From the IMG/VR virus record IMGVR_UViG_3300000052_000006: 64,000 nucleotides of DNA; one strand, written 5' to 3'. The position numbers and the translations under genes are program-made. Origin of the DNA: a virus. A model generated the notes under the pieces. It was not told where the DNA came from. It ran no database searches and saw only the letters and a list, made by a program, of their open reading frames with translations. The first letter of the stretch is position 1; every line of letters begins with the position of its first letter. Below are positions 33,143 to 41,419 of this stretch, piece by piece.

Positions 33143-34050
33143 CCGCCTCCCCCTTCGTCCTTGACTCCTTCACAGAGGGCGCGGACAGAGAGCTTTCCCT
33201 GCACGCGCCGGAGACCGGGGACGCTTGGCAGAAGCACCCGTCCTATTCCCCGAACGCGACCATTTTGTCCGCGGAAGGGCGGGTGCGGGGCGGCTCGTCG
33301 ACGGTAACGTCCCGGTACGTCAATCTCGCCACGCCACCGTCCACCGACTACGAGGTCCGCGCGACATGCCGTGTCACAACAACGTCCAGCAACAACCGGA
33401 CGGGCGTGCTGGCGCGGTACAGCAGCAGCACTGACACAGGCTACGCGCTCTGGTCTGACCGCAGCACGTGGTATCTGGCTCGTAACAACGGCGGCACCCA
33501 GACCACCCTGGCGACCTACAGTCATACCCTGTCGACGAACACGAACTATGCGGTTCGTCTCATCGTGTCCGGGAGCCTGATTGAGTGCTACGTAGACGGT
33601 GCTCTGGTCATCCTGCACGAAGACGACAGTCCCATCGTCGATGCGGGGTACGCGGGCATCAGCGTCCGCACGGACTCGCGCGTAGATAACCTAGAGGTCA
33701 TAGCAGGCGACTCAGACGCCCTGCTGTCTCAAAGCGCGGTGGAGGCCCTCATCCTCCAGCACGCGACGAGTGAATGGCATCAGTCCACGGCCGAAGTCAT
33801 GCTCCGGGACAGCGGCGCGACCACCACGCCGGTCTCCGGAGAGATTGCTGGCAGCCTCACCGGCACCGCAGACATCTCCCTCGGCGCCCCGCTATCCGGC
33901 GCCATCTCCGCGCCCATCTCCGCCACAGCCAACCTCGACAACGGCGCCACCCTGATCGCTGCCGGTCGCATCGAGGCCACTCCGCGCGCGCGCCTCGCCG
34001 GCGCCGCAGCGCCCGTCGCCAACACCGGCAACTTCTTTCTACTCTTCTGA
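33139..34050 (+). CDS. Putative ConA-like lectin tail protein
   Basis: DYEVRA...GVLARY...GY...Y.VRL.V.GS.I..YVDG...GYAG; C-terminal GNFFLLF. Confidence 0.6.
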   Translation: MTASPFVLDSFTEGADRELSLHAPETGDAWQKHPSYSPNATILSAEGRVRGGSSTVTSRYVNLATPPSTDYEVRATCRVTTTSSNNRTGVLARYSSSTDTGYALWSDRSTWYLARNNGGTQTTLATYSHTLSTNTNYAVRLIVSGSLIECYVDGALVILHEDDSPIVDAGYAGISVRTDSRVDNLEVIAGDSDALLSQSAVEALILQHATSEWHQSTAEVMLRDSGATTTPVSGEIAGSLTGTADISLGAPLSGAISAPISATANLDNGATLIAAGRIEATPRARLAGAAAPVANTGNFFLLF

Positions 34051-34063
34051 CCGAGGCCCCGAC

Positions 34064-34873
34064 ATGAGCCTGTCCAACTACACCGAAGCCGCGATCCTCA
34101 ACCATCTGCTGCGAGCGACCGCGTGGTTGAAGCCGCTCGAGATCCATGTCGCGCTCTTCACGGCCGACCCCGGCGAGAACGGGAGCTTGGCATCGGAGGT
34201 CAGCGGCGGCAGCTACGCGCGGGTCTCCTGCGGCCCGAGCGATGCGACGTGGAATCTTCCTGTCAGCGGCGACAAAACCTTCACCAACGCCGCGGCCGTC
34301 ACCTTCCCCGCGCCGACTGCGGCCTGGGGCGACGTCACCCACTTCGGCCTCTGCGACGCCTCGAGCGGCGGCATCTGCCTCGCCTCCGGCGCGCTCGACA
34401 CGCCGACCACCATCGGCAGCGGTGCCCCGGCGCCGGAGTTTGCCGCAGGCGACCTGCGCATCGTGTTTAGCGGCCACCTCTCCGACGCCCTCATCGAGGC
34501 CATCGGCACGCACCTGCTGCGCACGGATGAATGGACCGCGCCGGCAGCGCTCTACGCGGGCCTGCTCACCAGCGTGGCGGGGGCAGGGGCGGGCGCAGAG
34601 ATCGCCGCCGCCGACTACGAGCGCCAGCCCGCCGGCCCGAGCACCGGCGTCTGGACCGCACCGACCGACGAAGGCGGCAGCGGCAACGCCGACTACATCG
34701 TCTGGCCCAGCCCGGCCGAGGACTGGATCGATGCGGAAAAGGTCGTGATCTTCGACGCCGCCACCGCGGGCAACGCGCTGATCACGATCCCGCTCGCCGT
34801 CACCCGCACGCTGCCGCTCGCCGCCCTGGCGCCGAACTTCCCCCCTGGAGCCCTCACCATCACCGCCAACTGA
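34064..34873 (+). CDS. Virion/tail protein with an internally duplicated domain
   Basis: MSLSNY.EAAILNHLLR...VALFTADP...SYAR...VTF.APTA.WG.VTHF module present twice. Confidence 0.7.
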   Translation: MSLSNYTEAAILNHLLRATAWLKPLEIHVALFTADPGENGSLASEVSGGSYARVSCGPSDATWNLPVSGDKTFTNAAAVTFPAPTAAWGDVTHFGLCDASSGGICLASGALDTPTTIGSGAPAPEFAAGDLRIVFSGHLSDALIEAIGTHLLRTDEWTAPAALYAGLLTSVAGAGAGAEIAAADYERQPAGPSTGVWTAPTDEGGSGNADYIVWPSPAEDWIDAEKVVIFDAATAGNALITIPLAVTRTLPLAALAPNFPPGALTITAN

Positions 34874-34882
34874 GTCACCGCC

Positions 34883-35227
34883 ATGGAGAGCCAGACGATG
34901 CAACTGCTGCTGATCTTTCTACCCCCGTCGATCGTCGGCGCAGTCGCGATCATCCTCTGCCTCGCCCCACGCTCCGCCATGGCGGCCGACACCGCCTCGA
35001 CGCTCACCAAGACGTCGACGGCCGCCACCTACGCTGCCGCCGGCAACGCCGTCTTCCTCGGGCTCACTGCCAACGAACTCGCTGCCATCGGCGGCTTGGC
35101 GGTCGCGGTGCTCTCGATGGTCGTCGGGCACGCGATCAACGTCTGGTTCAAGTACCAGCACCTGAAGCTCGCGCGCGAGCGAAAGCAGCTCCGCGCAGTA
35201 GCCGTGCCGGAGATCGACGATGAGTAG
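34883..35227 (+). CDS. Holin (HP1-like C-terminus), possible dual start
   Basis: Hydrophobic segments; ELAAIGG..V......INVWFKY; directly upstream of the endolysin. Confidence 0.75.
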   Translation: MESQTMQLLLIFLPPSIVGAVAIILCLAPRSAMAADTASTLTKTSTAATYAAAGNAVFLGLTANELAAIGGLAVAVLSMVVGHAINVWFKYQHLKLARERKQLRAVAVPEIDDE

Positions 35228-35741
35228 GGCGCGGATTCTCGTCGCGGCGCTGACGGTCTCTGCAGCAGGCTTCCTGATTCCACTCGCGACGAGCGAGCAC
35301 TACGTCGGTGAAGCGATGATCCCGACGAAGAACGACCGCCCGACGATCGGTTTCGGCTCCACCTTCAACGAGGACGGATCGCCTGTGAAGTTGGGCGACA
35401 AGACGACGCCGGTGCGCGCTCTGGTGAAGCTGCAGGCCCATGTCGCGCGCGAGGAGGCGATCTTTCAAAGGTCGCTCGACGGCGCCTACCTGCACCAGGC
35501 CGAATACGACCTCTACATGGACTGGGTCTATCAGTACGGCACCGGCAGATGGCGCGCGTCATCAATGCGCCGTCACATCCTCGCCGGGGAGTATCGCGCC
35601 GCCTGCAATGCGCTGCTGCTCTACCGGTACTCGGGCGGGTTCGACTGCTCCGACCCGAAGAACTGGGGGAGAGGCGGCGACTGCAAAGGCGTCTGGACCC
35701 GCCAACTCGCGCGCCACGCGAAGTGTCTGGAGGCACAGTAA
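35220..35741 (+). CDS. SAR endolysin (GH24 lysozyme)
   Basis: Weakly hydrophobic N-terminal SAR, then E...D.PTIGFGST; C-terminal CKGVWTRQ..R..KC. Confidence 0.88.
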   Translation: MSRARILVAALTVSAAGFLIPLATSEHYVGEAMIPTKNDRPTIGFGSTFNEDGSPVKLGDKTTPVRALVKLQAHVAREEAIFQRSLDGAYLHQAEYDLYMDWVYQYGTGRWRASSMRRHILAGEYRAACNALLLYRYSGGFDCSDPKNWGRGGDCKGVWTRQLARHAKCLEAQ

Positions 35742-35926
35742 TGGACCGCAAGACCTTCGATGTCGTCTCGATCATCACCGCAATCGTGCTGCTCCCGCTG
35801 GTCGTCGTGTCGGTCGTTGCGTACATCCGCGGCGACCTGCCGTTCAGCGAGTACGCCGCAGCCTGGCGCGAACCGCTCGCGCTGCTGCTCGGCTTCTGGT
35901 TTCGTGGTTTCGGCTCGGCCGCATAG
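35741..35926 (+). CDS. Small membrane protein in the lysis cassette
   Basis: Two hydrophobic segments; TAATG coupling to the endolysin. Confidence 0.65.
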   Translation: MDRKTFDVVSIITAIVLLPLVVVSVVAYIRGDLPFSEYAAAWREPLALLLGFWFRGFGSAA

Positions 35927-35939
35927 AAGGAGGAGTGAT

Positions 35940-36359
35940 GTGCAGACTCTGGTCACTGTGGGTGCTGTCGCCCTGCTGCTGGGCGGCGGCGTGGGCTGGT
36001 GGGTGGGCGACGGGCTGGCAACTGGGCGCTGCGCGATACGCGAGCACGATGTGGCCGTCCAGTACGCCGAGAACGGAAACCAGCGCATCGAGGACGCCCG
36101 GCGAGCCCTCGCCGACCAGCACCGGCGAGCCGTCGCCCGCGCCGAACGGGACGCCGCATCTGAGGCTCTGCGACTGAAGGAGGCCGCCGACTATGAACTT
36201 CTCATCGCCCACACGGCTCGCCCTGAGTGCAGCCGTGATCCTGATGCTTTCGAGCGGCTGCGCGCCGCGATTCGTGCGGCCAACGCCCGAACTGCAGGTG
36301 AAGCCCCAGGAGTGCGTGCGGGCCTGCCCGGCGATCCCGGAGCCGACCGGCCCCAGTGA
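35940..36359 (+). CDS. i-spanin (Rz-like)
   Basis: GGAGG RBS, GTG start, N-terminal TM then coiled coil. Confidence 0.8.
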   Translation: MQTLVTVGAVALLLGGGVGWWVGDGLATGRCAIREHDVAVQYAENGNQRIEDARRALADQHRRAVARAERDAASEALRLKEAADYELLIAHTARPECSRDPDAFERLRAAIRAANARTAGEAPGVRAGLPGDPGADRPQ

Positions 36360-36450
36360 GGCCGAGATGATGCGCTGGGAGCTTCAGATGGTGCAGTGGG
36401 GCGAGCGCTGCACCCGGGTGTCGCAGGACTGCGCAGAGGCGTCACGGTGA
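36193..36450 (+). CDS. o-spanin (Rz1-like lipoprotein), overlapping Rz
   Basis: Lipobox LSSG-C, Pro-rich, GGAGG RBS inside Rz. Confidence 0.8.
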   Translation: MNFSSPTRLALSAAVILMLSSGCAPRFVRPTPELQVKPQECVRACPAIPEPTGPSEAEMMRWELQMVQWGERCTRVSQDCAEASR

Positions 36451-36503
36451 TGTACGAGTCCTGACGACAGAGCATCATGCGCTTCGCGCTATGCCATTTG
36501 TGC

Positions 36504-36706
36504 GTCTAAGACCGGCCCGCAAACCCGCGCCGCCATTGGGCACGAAGTAGTGAAATTTATAGTCCAGTCTTAGACGTTCGCCCACCGAAAAACGAAAGCC
36601 AACAGCACGTTACACGTGAATTATCGGATATTGATTCCGTATATGCGACAGGCCGAAAGGCCCGTGTTTGCTTGGGGTTTCGTCAATTTGTCTTAGACTG
36701 TCTAAG
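36504..36706. other. attP region with arm-type repeats and a candidate core
   Basis: GTCTWAGAC at 36504, 36567, 36690 plus GTCTAAG at 36700; CGGA-TATTGAT-TCCG at 36625-36639; AT-rich; adjacent to the int 3' end. Confidence 0.65.
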
Positions 36707-37642
36707 TTTTACCGGCTGCGCGACAGGAATCTCCTTGCTGCGCAGGTATCTGGCATGCGCTGAATCGGATGCGTGACCGAGCAGCGCCTTGCTGTCCAGG
36801 CCCTGCGCTTTCGCGTCCGTCGCAGCCTTTGCGCGAAGATCGTGGATGTGGGCGTCCTCGATACCGGCCGCGAGTGTAGCGCGGTCCCATAGCGTGCGCA
36901 CGGTCCAATACGCGAAGGGCTTCCCCCCTCTGGTGTGAAAGAGGGTCATTCCGCGAAGGTTGTCGTGCAGGGCCTTCGCCTGGGCGACTGCAGCAGACAG
37001 GTCCGGCGTCATTGCGATCCGCACGCGGTTTCCGGTCTTCTGCTGCTTGAAGTAGATCCCGTCGTCGGTGATGTCGGCGTGGCGGATGGCCAGCACGTCG
37101 CCGATTCGCTGCCCCGTCAGATAGCAGATGTCGATGATCGCCCGAAGCGTCGGCGTCGCCTTCGCCTTGATCGAGGTGATCTCCGCATCGGTCAGGTAGC
37201 GGTCGCGCTTCCGTTCCTTCTGGGGCTTCACGAACTGCACCGGGTTGATGTCGCAGTCGCCGCGCACAACCGCCTTCGCGAATACCTGCTTCAGGACGTT
37301 CCGCATCACGTTCGCAATCGAGGGCTTGCTCTTGTAGTGATCGAGCACGAGCGCGACATGCTTAGGCTTCACATCCTGCGGGCCGAATTCACGCAAGGCC
37401 GACTTCAGCTTCTCCGCGGCGACCGAGTAGGATCGGAAAGTGCTTTGCGCCACCGTCGGCTTGATATCGAGTATCCACTGGGAGATGAGATCGACCATGC
37501 CGCCCTTCATCGGGGCGACCAACTTCCCGTACTCGGCGAGGGCGACGTGGAAGTCTTTCGAGAGCGCGTGCCACTTGTTCGCGTGGACGTAGTAGTACCG
37601 TCCGTGCTTGAGATGCATCTTCGGGGGCAGGTTGCGGGCCAT
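36683..37642 (-). CDS. int: Tyrosine recombinase (phage integrase)
   Basis: TGQRIGDVL (R), KQQKTG (K), HIHDLRAK (HxxR), LLGH, ARY. Confidence 0.95.
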   Translation of the reverse strand: MARNLPPKMHLKHGRYYYVHANKWHALSKDFHVALAEYGKLVAPMKGGMVDLISQWILDIKPTVAQSTFRSYSVAAEKLKSALREFGPQDVKPKHVALVLDHYKSKPSIANVMRNVLKQVFAKAVVRGDCDINPVQFVKPQKERKRDRYLTDAEITSIKAKATPTLRAIIDICYLTGQRIGDVLAIRHADITDDGIYFKQQKTGNRVRIAMTPDLSAAVAQAKALHDNLRGMTLFHTRGGKPFAYWTVRTLWDRATLAAGIEDAHIHDLRAKAATDAKAQGLDSKALLGHASDSAHARYLRSKEIPVAQPVKLRQSKTN

Positions 37643-37712
37643 GTCGTGTTACCCCAGCGAATCGGACGTTATCCGACGGGAGATGTCGTTCAATTGTAGT
37701 TCGGCGTCAATG

Positions 37713-37994
37713 TCAGTCCCATCCGACGTTCTCGGCCCGCGCCCGCTCCCGCAGCAGAGGGCAGCAGTCCATCGCGCACCAGTTGCCGCATTGCGGGTGG
37801 GCATCGTGCAGGCATTGCCGGCCGTCCGTGTCGTCCTTGATGCCGGTGTAGTTGTCGCAGCTTTCGCGCATCTTCCAAAATCCCGCCACCACATGCCGCG
37901 CCGGGTGGTCCTCTCGCATTACGTCGTTTGCCATCGCTTCATCTCCGTAGTCGCCCCTGCCGCCGAACATGGCGGTCGAGCTGACCTCGCGCAT
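37713..37994 (-). CDS. Small Cys-rich hypothetical protein (likely start 37934)
   Basis: C..Y...QC.H..H..C..WC..DCCP; GGAG RBS before ATG 37934. Confidence 0.5.
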   Translation of the reverse strand: MREVSSTAMFGGRGDYGDEAMANDVMREDHPARHVVAGFWKMRESCDNYTGIKDDTDGRQCLHDAHPQCGNWCAMDCCPLLRERARAENVGWD

Positions 37995-38030
37995 AAAGCC
38001 GCGCGAGTCAGCTCACCTCTACGTTGGGCG

Positions 38031-38258
38031 TCAGTGCGGCGCCCCGGCCGCACTCGGCCGCTTCACCATGTCCAGCACGTCGGGCTGTCCTTCCGCCGTC
38101 ATTCGCACTCGCACCATTTCTCCGGTCCATTCGCTCATCAGGCTGCCCAGCGCGTCCAGAAGCCCCGCGACGGCTACCAGCGTTGTCGTGGGGTCGTTGG
38201 TCTTCACCAGCAGGTTCGCCTGCTCCAGCAGCTTGCGCTTCATTGCGGCTTCGCTCAT
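38031..38258 (-). CDS. Hypothetical protein
   Basis: GAGGAAGG RBS then ATG 38258; helical. Confidence 0.5.
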   Translation of the reverse strand: MSEAAMKRKLLEQANLLVKTNDPTTTLVAVAGLLDALGSLMSEWTGEMVRVRMTAEGQPDVLDMVKRPSAAGAPH

Positions 38259-38326
38259 GTCATCCTTCCTCGCGCCTAACTGGCGCATCGAGAGCGAACG
38301 GCGTTGCCGTCGCTCATGCTTTGTCG

Positions 38327-38539
38327 TTACGCCAGATGCAGCCGCGGTTCGCGCTTCGGCTGCTGGCTTTCCCCGAGCCGCGCACAGATCACCGCGCGCG
38401 ACACCCGTGGCCATCCGTCCGCGCTCACGATGTAGGGGATGTGCTCGGCGTCGAGCCATTCCCGGATGCGGGACTTCTGCTTCCTGCCGCTCAGGTCGGC
38501 GAGTTCTTCGCCGGTGAGGAAAAGCGGGTCGGATGTCAT
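38327..38539 (-). CDS. xis: Excisionase-like (DUF4224) protein
   Basis: FLTGEELADLSGRKQK....WL....IPY....DGWPRV signature. Confidence 0.8.
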   Translation of the reverse strand: MTSDPLFLTGEELADLSGRKQKSRIREWLDAEHIPYIVSADGWPRVSRAVICARLGESQQPKREPRLHLA

Positions 38540-38904
38540 GCCGTTACCTCCTGGACACCAACCATAATCGACGGTGGCGTGGGTAGCACGGCCCCCACCG
38601 GCCGCCACAGGTGCAGGCAATACGGATGGGTGTTCACGTATTCGCTCGCCGGCGGGTGGTACTGCACGACGCAGGCGTCGGGGCCCCAGAACAGCGCCTT
38701 GACCTGGCACATCTCGTCCCACGTCGGGCAGCGGTCGCGCCGGCTGACGCTGACGTGCTCCCAGCCGAGCTGATCGGACGCGATCACGAAGACCGTCTGG
38801 CCGTGGCGCAGCTTCACCTCGAAGGCGCCGTTGTTGCCGTACCGCTGGTCGCTGCCGGCGCGGCCGGTGCGGATGCGGAATTTCTCGGGGACGCGGAAGG
38901 TCAT
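38536..38904 (-). CDS. Conserved phage hypothetical protein
   Basis: GWEHVSVS...RCPTWDEMC.VK.LFW...QYHP...YVN.HP.CLHLWRP. Confidence 0.8.
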   Translation of the reverse strand: MTFRVPEKFRIRTGRAGSDQRYGNNGAFEVKLRHGQTVFVIASDQLGWEHVSVSRRDRCPTWDEMCQVKALFWGPDACVVQYHPPASEYVNTHPYCLHLWRPVGAVLPTPPSIMVGVQEVTA

Positions 38905-39866
38905 CGCTGCGTCTCCGGGTATCCATCGTGCTGAACGCCGTCGAGCAGGCGTCCGGCGGCCTTCTTTCCGACGCGCTCGACAATGGCGCAAGCGCCGAAG
39001 CTGGTGAAGGCGCGCGGGTAGCGGTCGGTAAGGACGAAGCGATCGGGTTCATGCTCGTAATCACCAAACGCGAATTGACCTGATGTCTCGCTCGGTCGAA
39101 CTCTCGCAGGAGCCCACTCGCCCCACTGCTTGAACAGAAACGGCACCCCGGCTGCGGCGCACTGATTGCGGAGGTCGCGCGCCCACCGTATGCTCATCGG
39201 CCGCGCCTTCGGGCCGCTCTCGCCGCCGGCGACGACCCAGTCGAGCTGGCCGGGCCCGCCGTGCAAGCCGTGCTCGGCCAGATAGACCAGCCCCAGCAGC
39301 GGCTCCGCGCTGATCCACCGCACCGCTGCCGGCGTGTCGAGCAGCAGCGGGATGCGTTCGTCGGCCGCGGCCTGATTTTCGACGCTGACGCCAAGCCAGA
39401 CGTTCGGCAGCGGGAACGGCCATCGCTGCGATAGCGTTTCGGTGTGCCGATCCAGCCCGCCAATCGCTTCGGCCTCAATGCCGACCATCTCGGCTCTTGC
39501 GCCGCTGGAGAGATAGGCCAACATCCGATCAGGGCGCTTGGTGAGCACTTGGAACGTATGCTGATTGGCGAGCGCCATCACTGCGAACACGCGGTCGATG
39601 AATTCTTCCGGCACGTCGGCATGGAACAGGTCGCTCATCGAGTTCACGAAGATCCGACGCGGCCGGCGCCAGCGCAGCGGCTGGTCGAGCCGATCGGCAT
39701 GCGTCGCCACGTCCGTGAAGGCCCTCCCGGCGTAGGCCGGCAGGTGCAGCAGCCGTCCCCAGTCGCGCTCGGCGTAGCAGTGCTTGCAGCCCTGCGAGAC
39801 CTTCGCGCAACCGGTGACGGGGTTCCAGGTGGCCTCGGTCCATTCGATTCCGGTTTTGTCGGCCAT
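38901..39866 (-). CDS. DUF5131 (Gp37/Gp68) three-Cys family protein
   Basis: IEWTEATWNPVTGC.KVS.GCKHCYA; IFVNSMSDLFH; WVVAGGESG; FKQWG. Confidence 0.9.
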   Translation of the reverse strand: MADKTGIEWTEATWNPVTGCAKVSQGCKHCYAERDWGRLLHLPAYAGRAFTDVATHADRLDQPLRWRRPRRIFVNSMSDLFHADVPEEFIDRVFAVMALANQHTFQVLTKRPDRMLAYLSSGARAEMVGIEAEAIGGLDRHTETLSQRWPFPLPNVWLGVSVENQAAADERIPLLLDTPAAVRWISAEPLLGLVYLAEHGLHGGPGQLDWVVAGGESGPKARPMSIRWARDLRNQCAAAGVPFLFKQWGEWAPARVRPSETSGQFAFGDYEHEPDRFVLTDRYPRAFTSFGACAIVERVGKKAAGRLLDGVQHDGYPETQR

Positions 39867-41419
39867 CACGCAATCCTCCACGCCTTCTCGTGCTCGAAGT
39901 TCGCAGTCACCAGCGCTTGCGCCACCGGCGGGCAGACCGAGTTCCCGCACATCCGCACCTGAGCGGACTTCGTCAGGCTCAGGCCCTGCGCTGGGTCGTC
40001 GCCGATGATGTAGTGCTCGGGGAAGCCCTGTGCGCGGAACAACTCGCGAGGGGCGAGCATGCGCATGCCGATGTCGGCGATCTGGTACTGCTCGCCGGCG
40101 ACGGTGACGAGGCCGAAGCGGTCCTTCGTGGTCACCGTGTGCAGCGGCTCCTCGAGGCGCGGATCCTGGTCGCTGCCGTAATACTTCACGAGGAAGGCGC
40201 GGACCTCGCCGAAGTGTTCGCCACCGCCGGTGATCGTGTGAAGCGGCTCGCGGTGATCGCTGCCGACGCCGTTGTTGCGGAGCTTGACCAAGTGCGATGC
40301 GACGAGCGCGTTGTGGTCCGAGCTGGTGACGGTGTGCAGCGGTTCGCCGTGCAACTCGTGTCCGACGACGCCGCCGTAGTGCTTCGCCATGAACGCGGCG
40401 ATGAGGGCGTGCTTTGCGCCGCCTGCGACGATCGTTCCCAGCGGCTTATCGAGGCCCGGGACGCGAGGCGATTGGCCGACACGCTCGCCGTAGCCGGTCT
40501 GGATGAGCGTCGGGGATACGAGGGCGAGCTCGCCACGATGCGCGGCCGTGATGGTGCGGAACGGCTCCGCCATCCCGTAGCCGCGATCGGCGCCGTGGTG
40601 CGTCAGCGGCACGATGAACGGCTCGGCGGTCTCGACGACGTACCGCATCACCCCCTTCGCGATCCTGCGCAGCGTGGCATCCGCCAGCGGCCGCTTGCGC
40701 CCGAAGATCGACGGGCAGGGGAGGGTCCAGTCGATGCACTCGGCGGCGGTGCGCCACGGCTTGCGGTGGCCGGCGAGCACCTCGCGGCTGTGCGGGTGGC
40801 CGTGCGTCGGCTCGGGCCAGCGGATCGGCAGGCCATCGCGGCGGGCGACGAGGAAGAAGCGTTTGCGGATCGTAGGCGCGCCGTAGTCGCACGCGCGCAG
40901 CTCGCGCCAATCGACGGAGTAGCCCTGCCGGCGCAGCGCGTTGATGAAGGCCGCGAACTCGCGCCCCTTGCGCCGCGGGCACGGCCGCATCGTGCCGTCG
41001 GGCTGCTCGACGAGCGGGCCCCAGGTCACGAATTCTTCGACGTTCTCGAGCATGATCACCCGCGGGCGCTTCACCGCCGCCCAGCGCAGCGCGACCCACG
41101 CGAGGCCGCGGATGCGCTTCTCGACCGGCTTGCCACCCTTGGCCTTGCTGAAGTGCTTGCAGTCCGGCGAGAGCCATACCAGGCCGACCGGCCCCTTGAT
41201 CTCGCGCGGATCGACGTCCCACACCGATTCGCACAGGTGCCGCGTGTGCGGATGATTCGCCGCGTGCATCGCCAGCGCCTCGGGGTCGTGGTTGATCGCG
41301 ATATCGACGGGGCGACCGAAGGCGGCCTCGAGGCCGGTCGATGTGCCGCCGCCTCCGGCGAAGTTGTCGATGATCAGTTCCTCGGCGAGCAGGGGCAGAG
41401 TGAAGGCGTCGCGCTTCAT
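39866..41419 (-). CDS. C5-cytosine DNA methyltransferase
   Basis: DNFAGGGG, SPDCKHFS, LENVEEF, TIRKRFF, ELFRAQGF, GNSVCP. Confidence 0.92.
   Translation of the reverse strand: MKRDAFTLPLLAEELIIDNFAGGGGTSTGLEAAFGRPVDIAINHDPEALAMHAANHPHTRHLCESVWDVDPREIKGPVGLVWLSPDCKHFSKAKGGKPVEKRIRGLAWVALRWAAVKRPRVIMLENVEEFVTWGPLVEQPDGTMRPCPRRKGREFAAFINALRRQGYSVDWRELRACDYGAPTIRKRFFLVARRDGLPIRWPEPTHGHPHSREVLAGHRKPWRTAAECIDWTLPCPSIFGRKRPLADATLRRIAKGVMRYVVETAEPFIVPLTHHGADRGYGMAEPFRTITAAHRGELALVSPTLIQTGYGERVGQSPRVPGLDKPLGTIVAGGAKHALIAAFMAKHYGGVVGHELHGEPLHTVTSSDHNALVASHLVKLRNNGVGSDHREPLHTITGGGEHFGEVRAFLVKYYGSDQDPRLEEPLHTVTTKDRFGLVTVAGEQYQIADIGMRMLAPRELFRAQGFPEHYIIGDDPAQGLSLTKSAQVRMCGNSVCPPVAQALVTANFEHEKAWRIA

Noticed and set aside
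31676-34873. Diversity-generating retroelement (Asn/AAC-rich tail genes could be variable repeats)
   Set aside because: No reverse transcriptase or Avd gene and no near-identical template/variable repeat pair anywhere in the unit genome
26108-34873. Invertible tail-fibre cassette (shufflon)
   Set aside because: No serine invertase, no inverted recombination sites, and all tail genes are on one strand
36562-36570. dusA-type attachment site (GACTGGAC on the minus strand)
   Set aside because: 8-nt match with no dusA reading frame; overlaps an arm-type repeat
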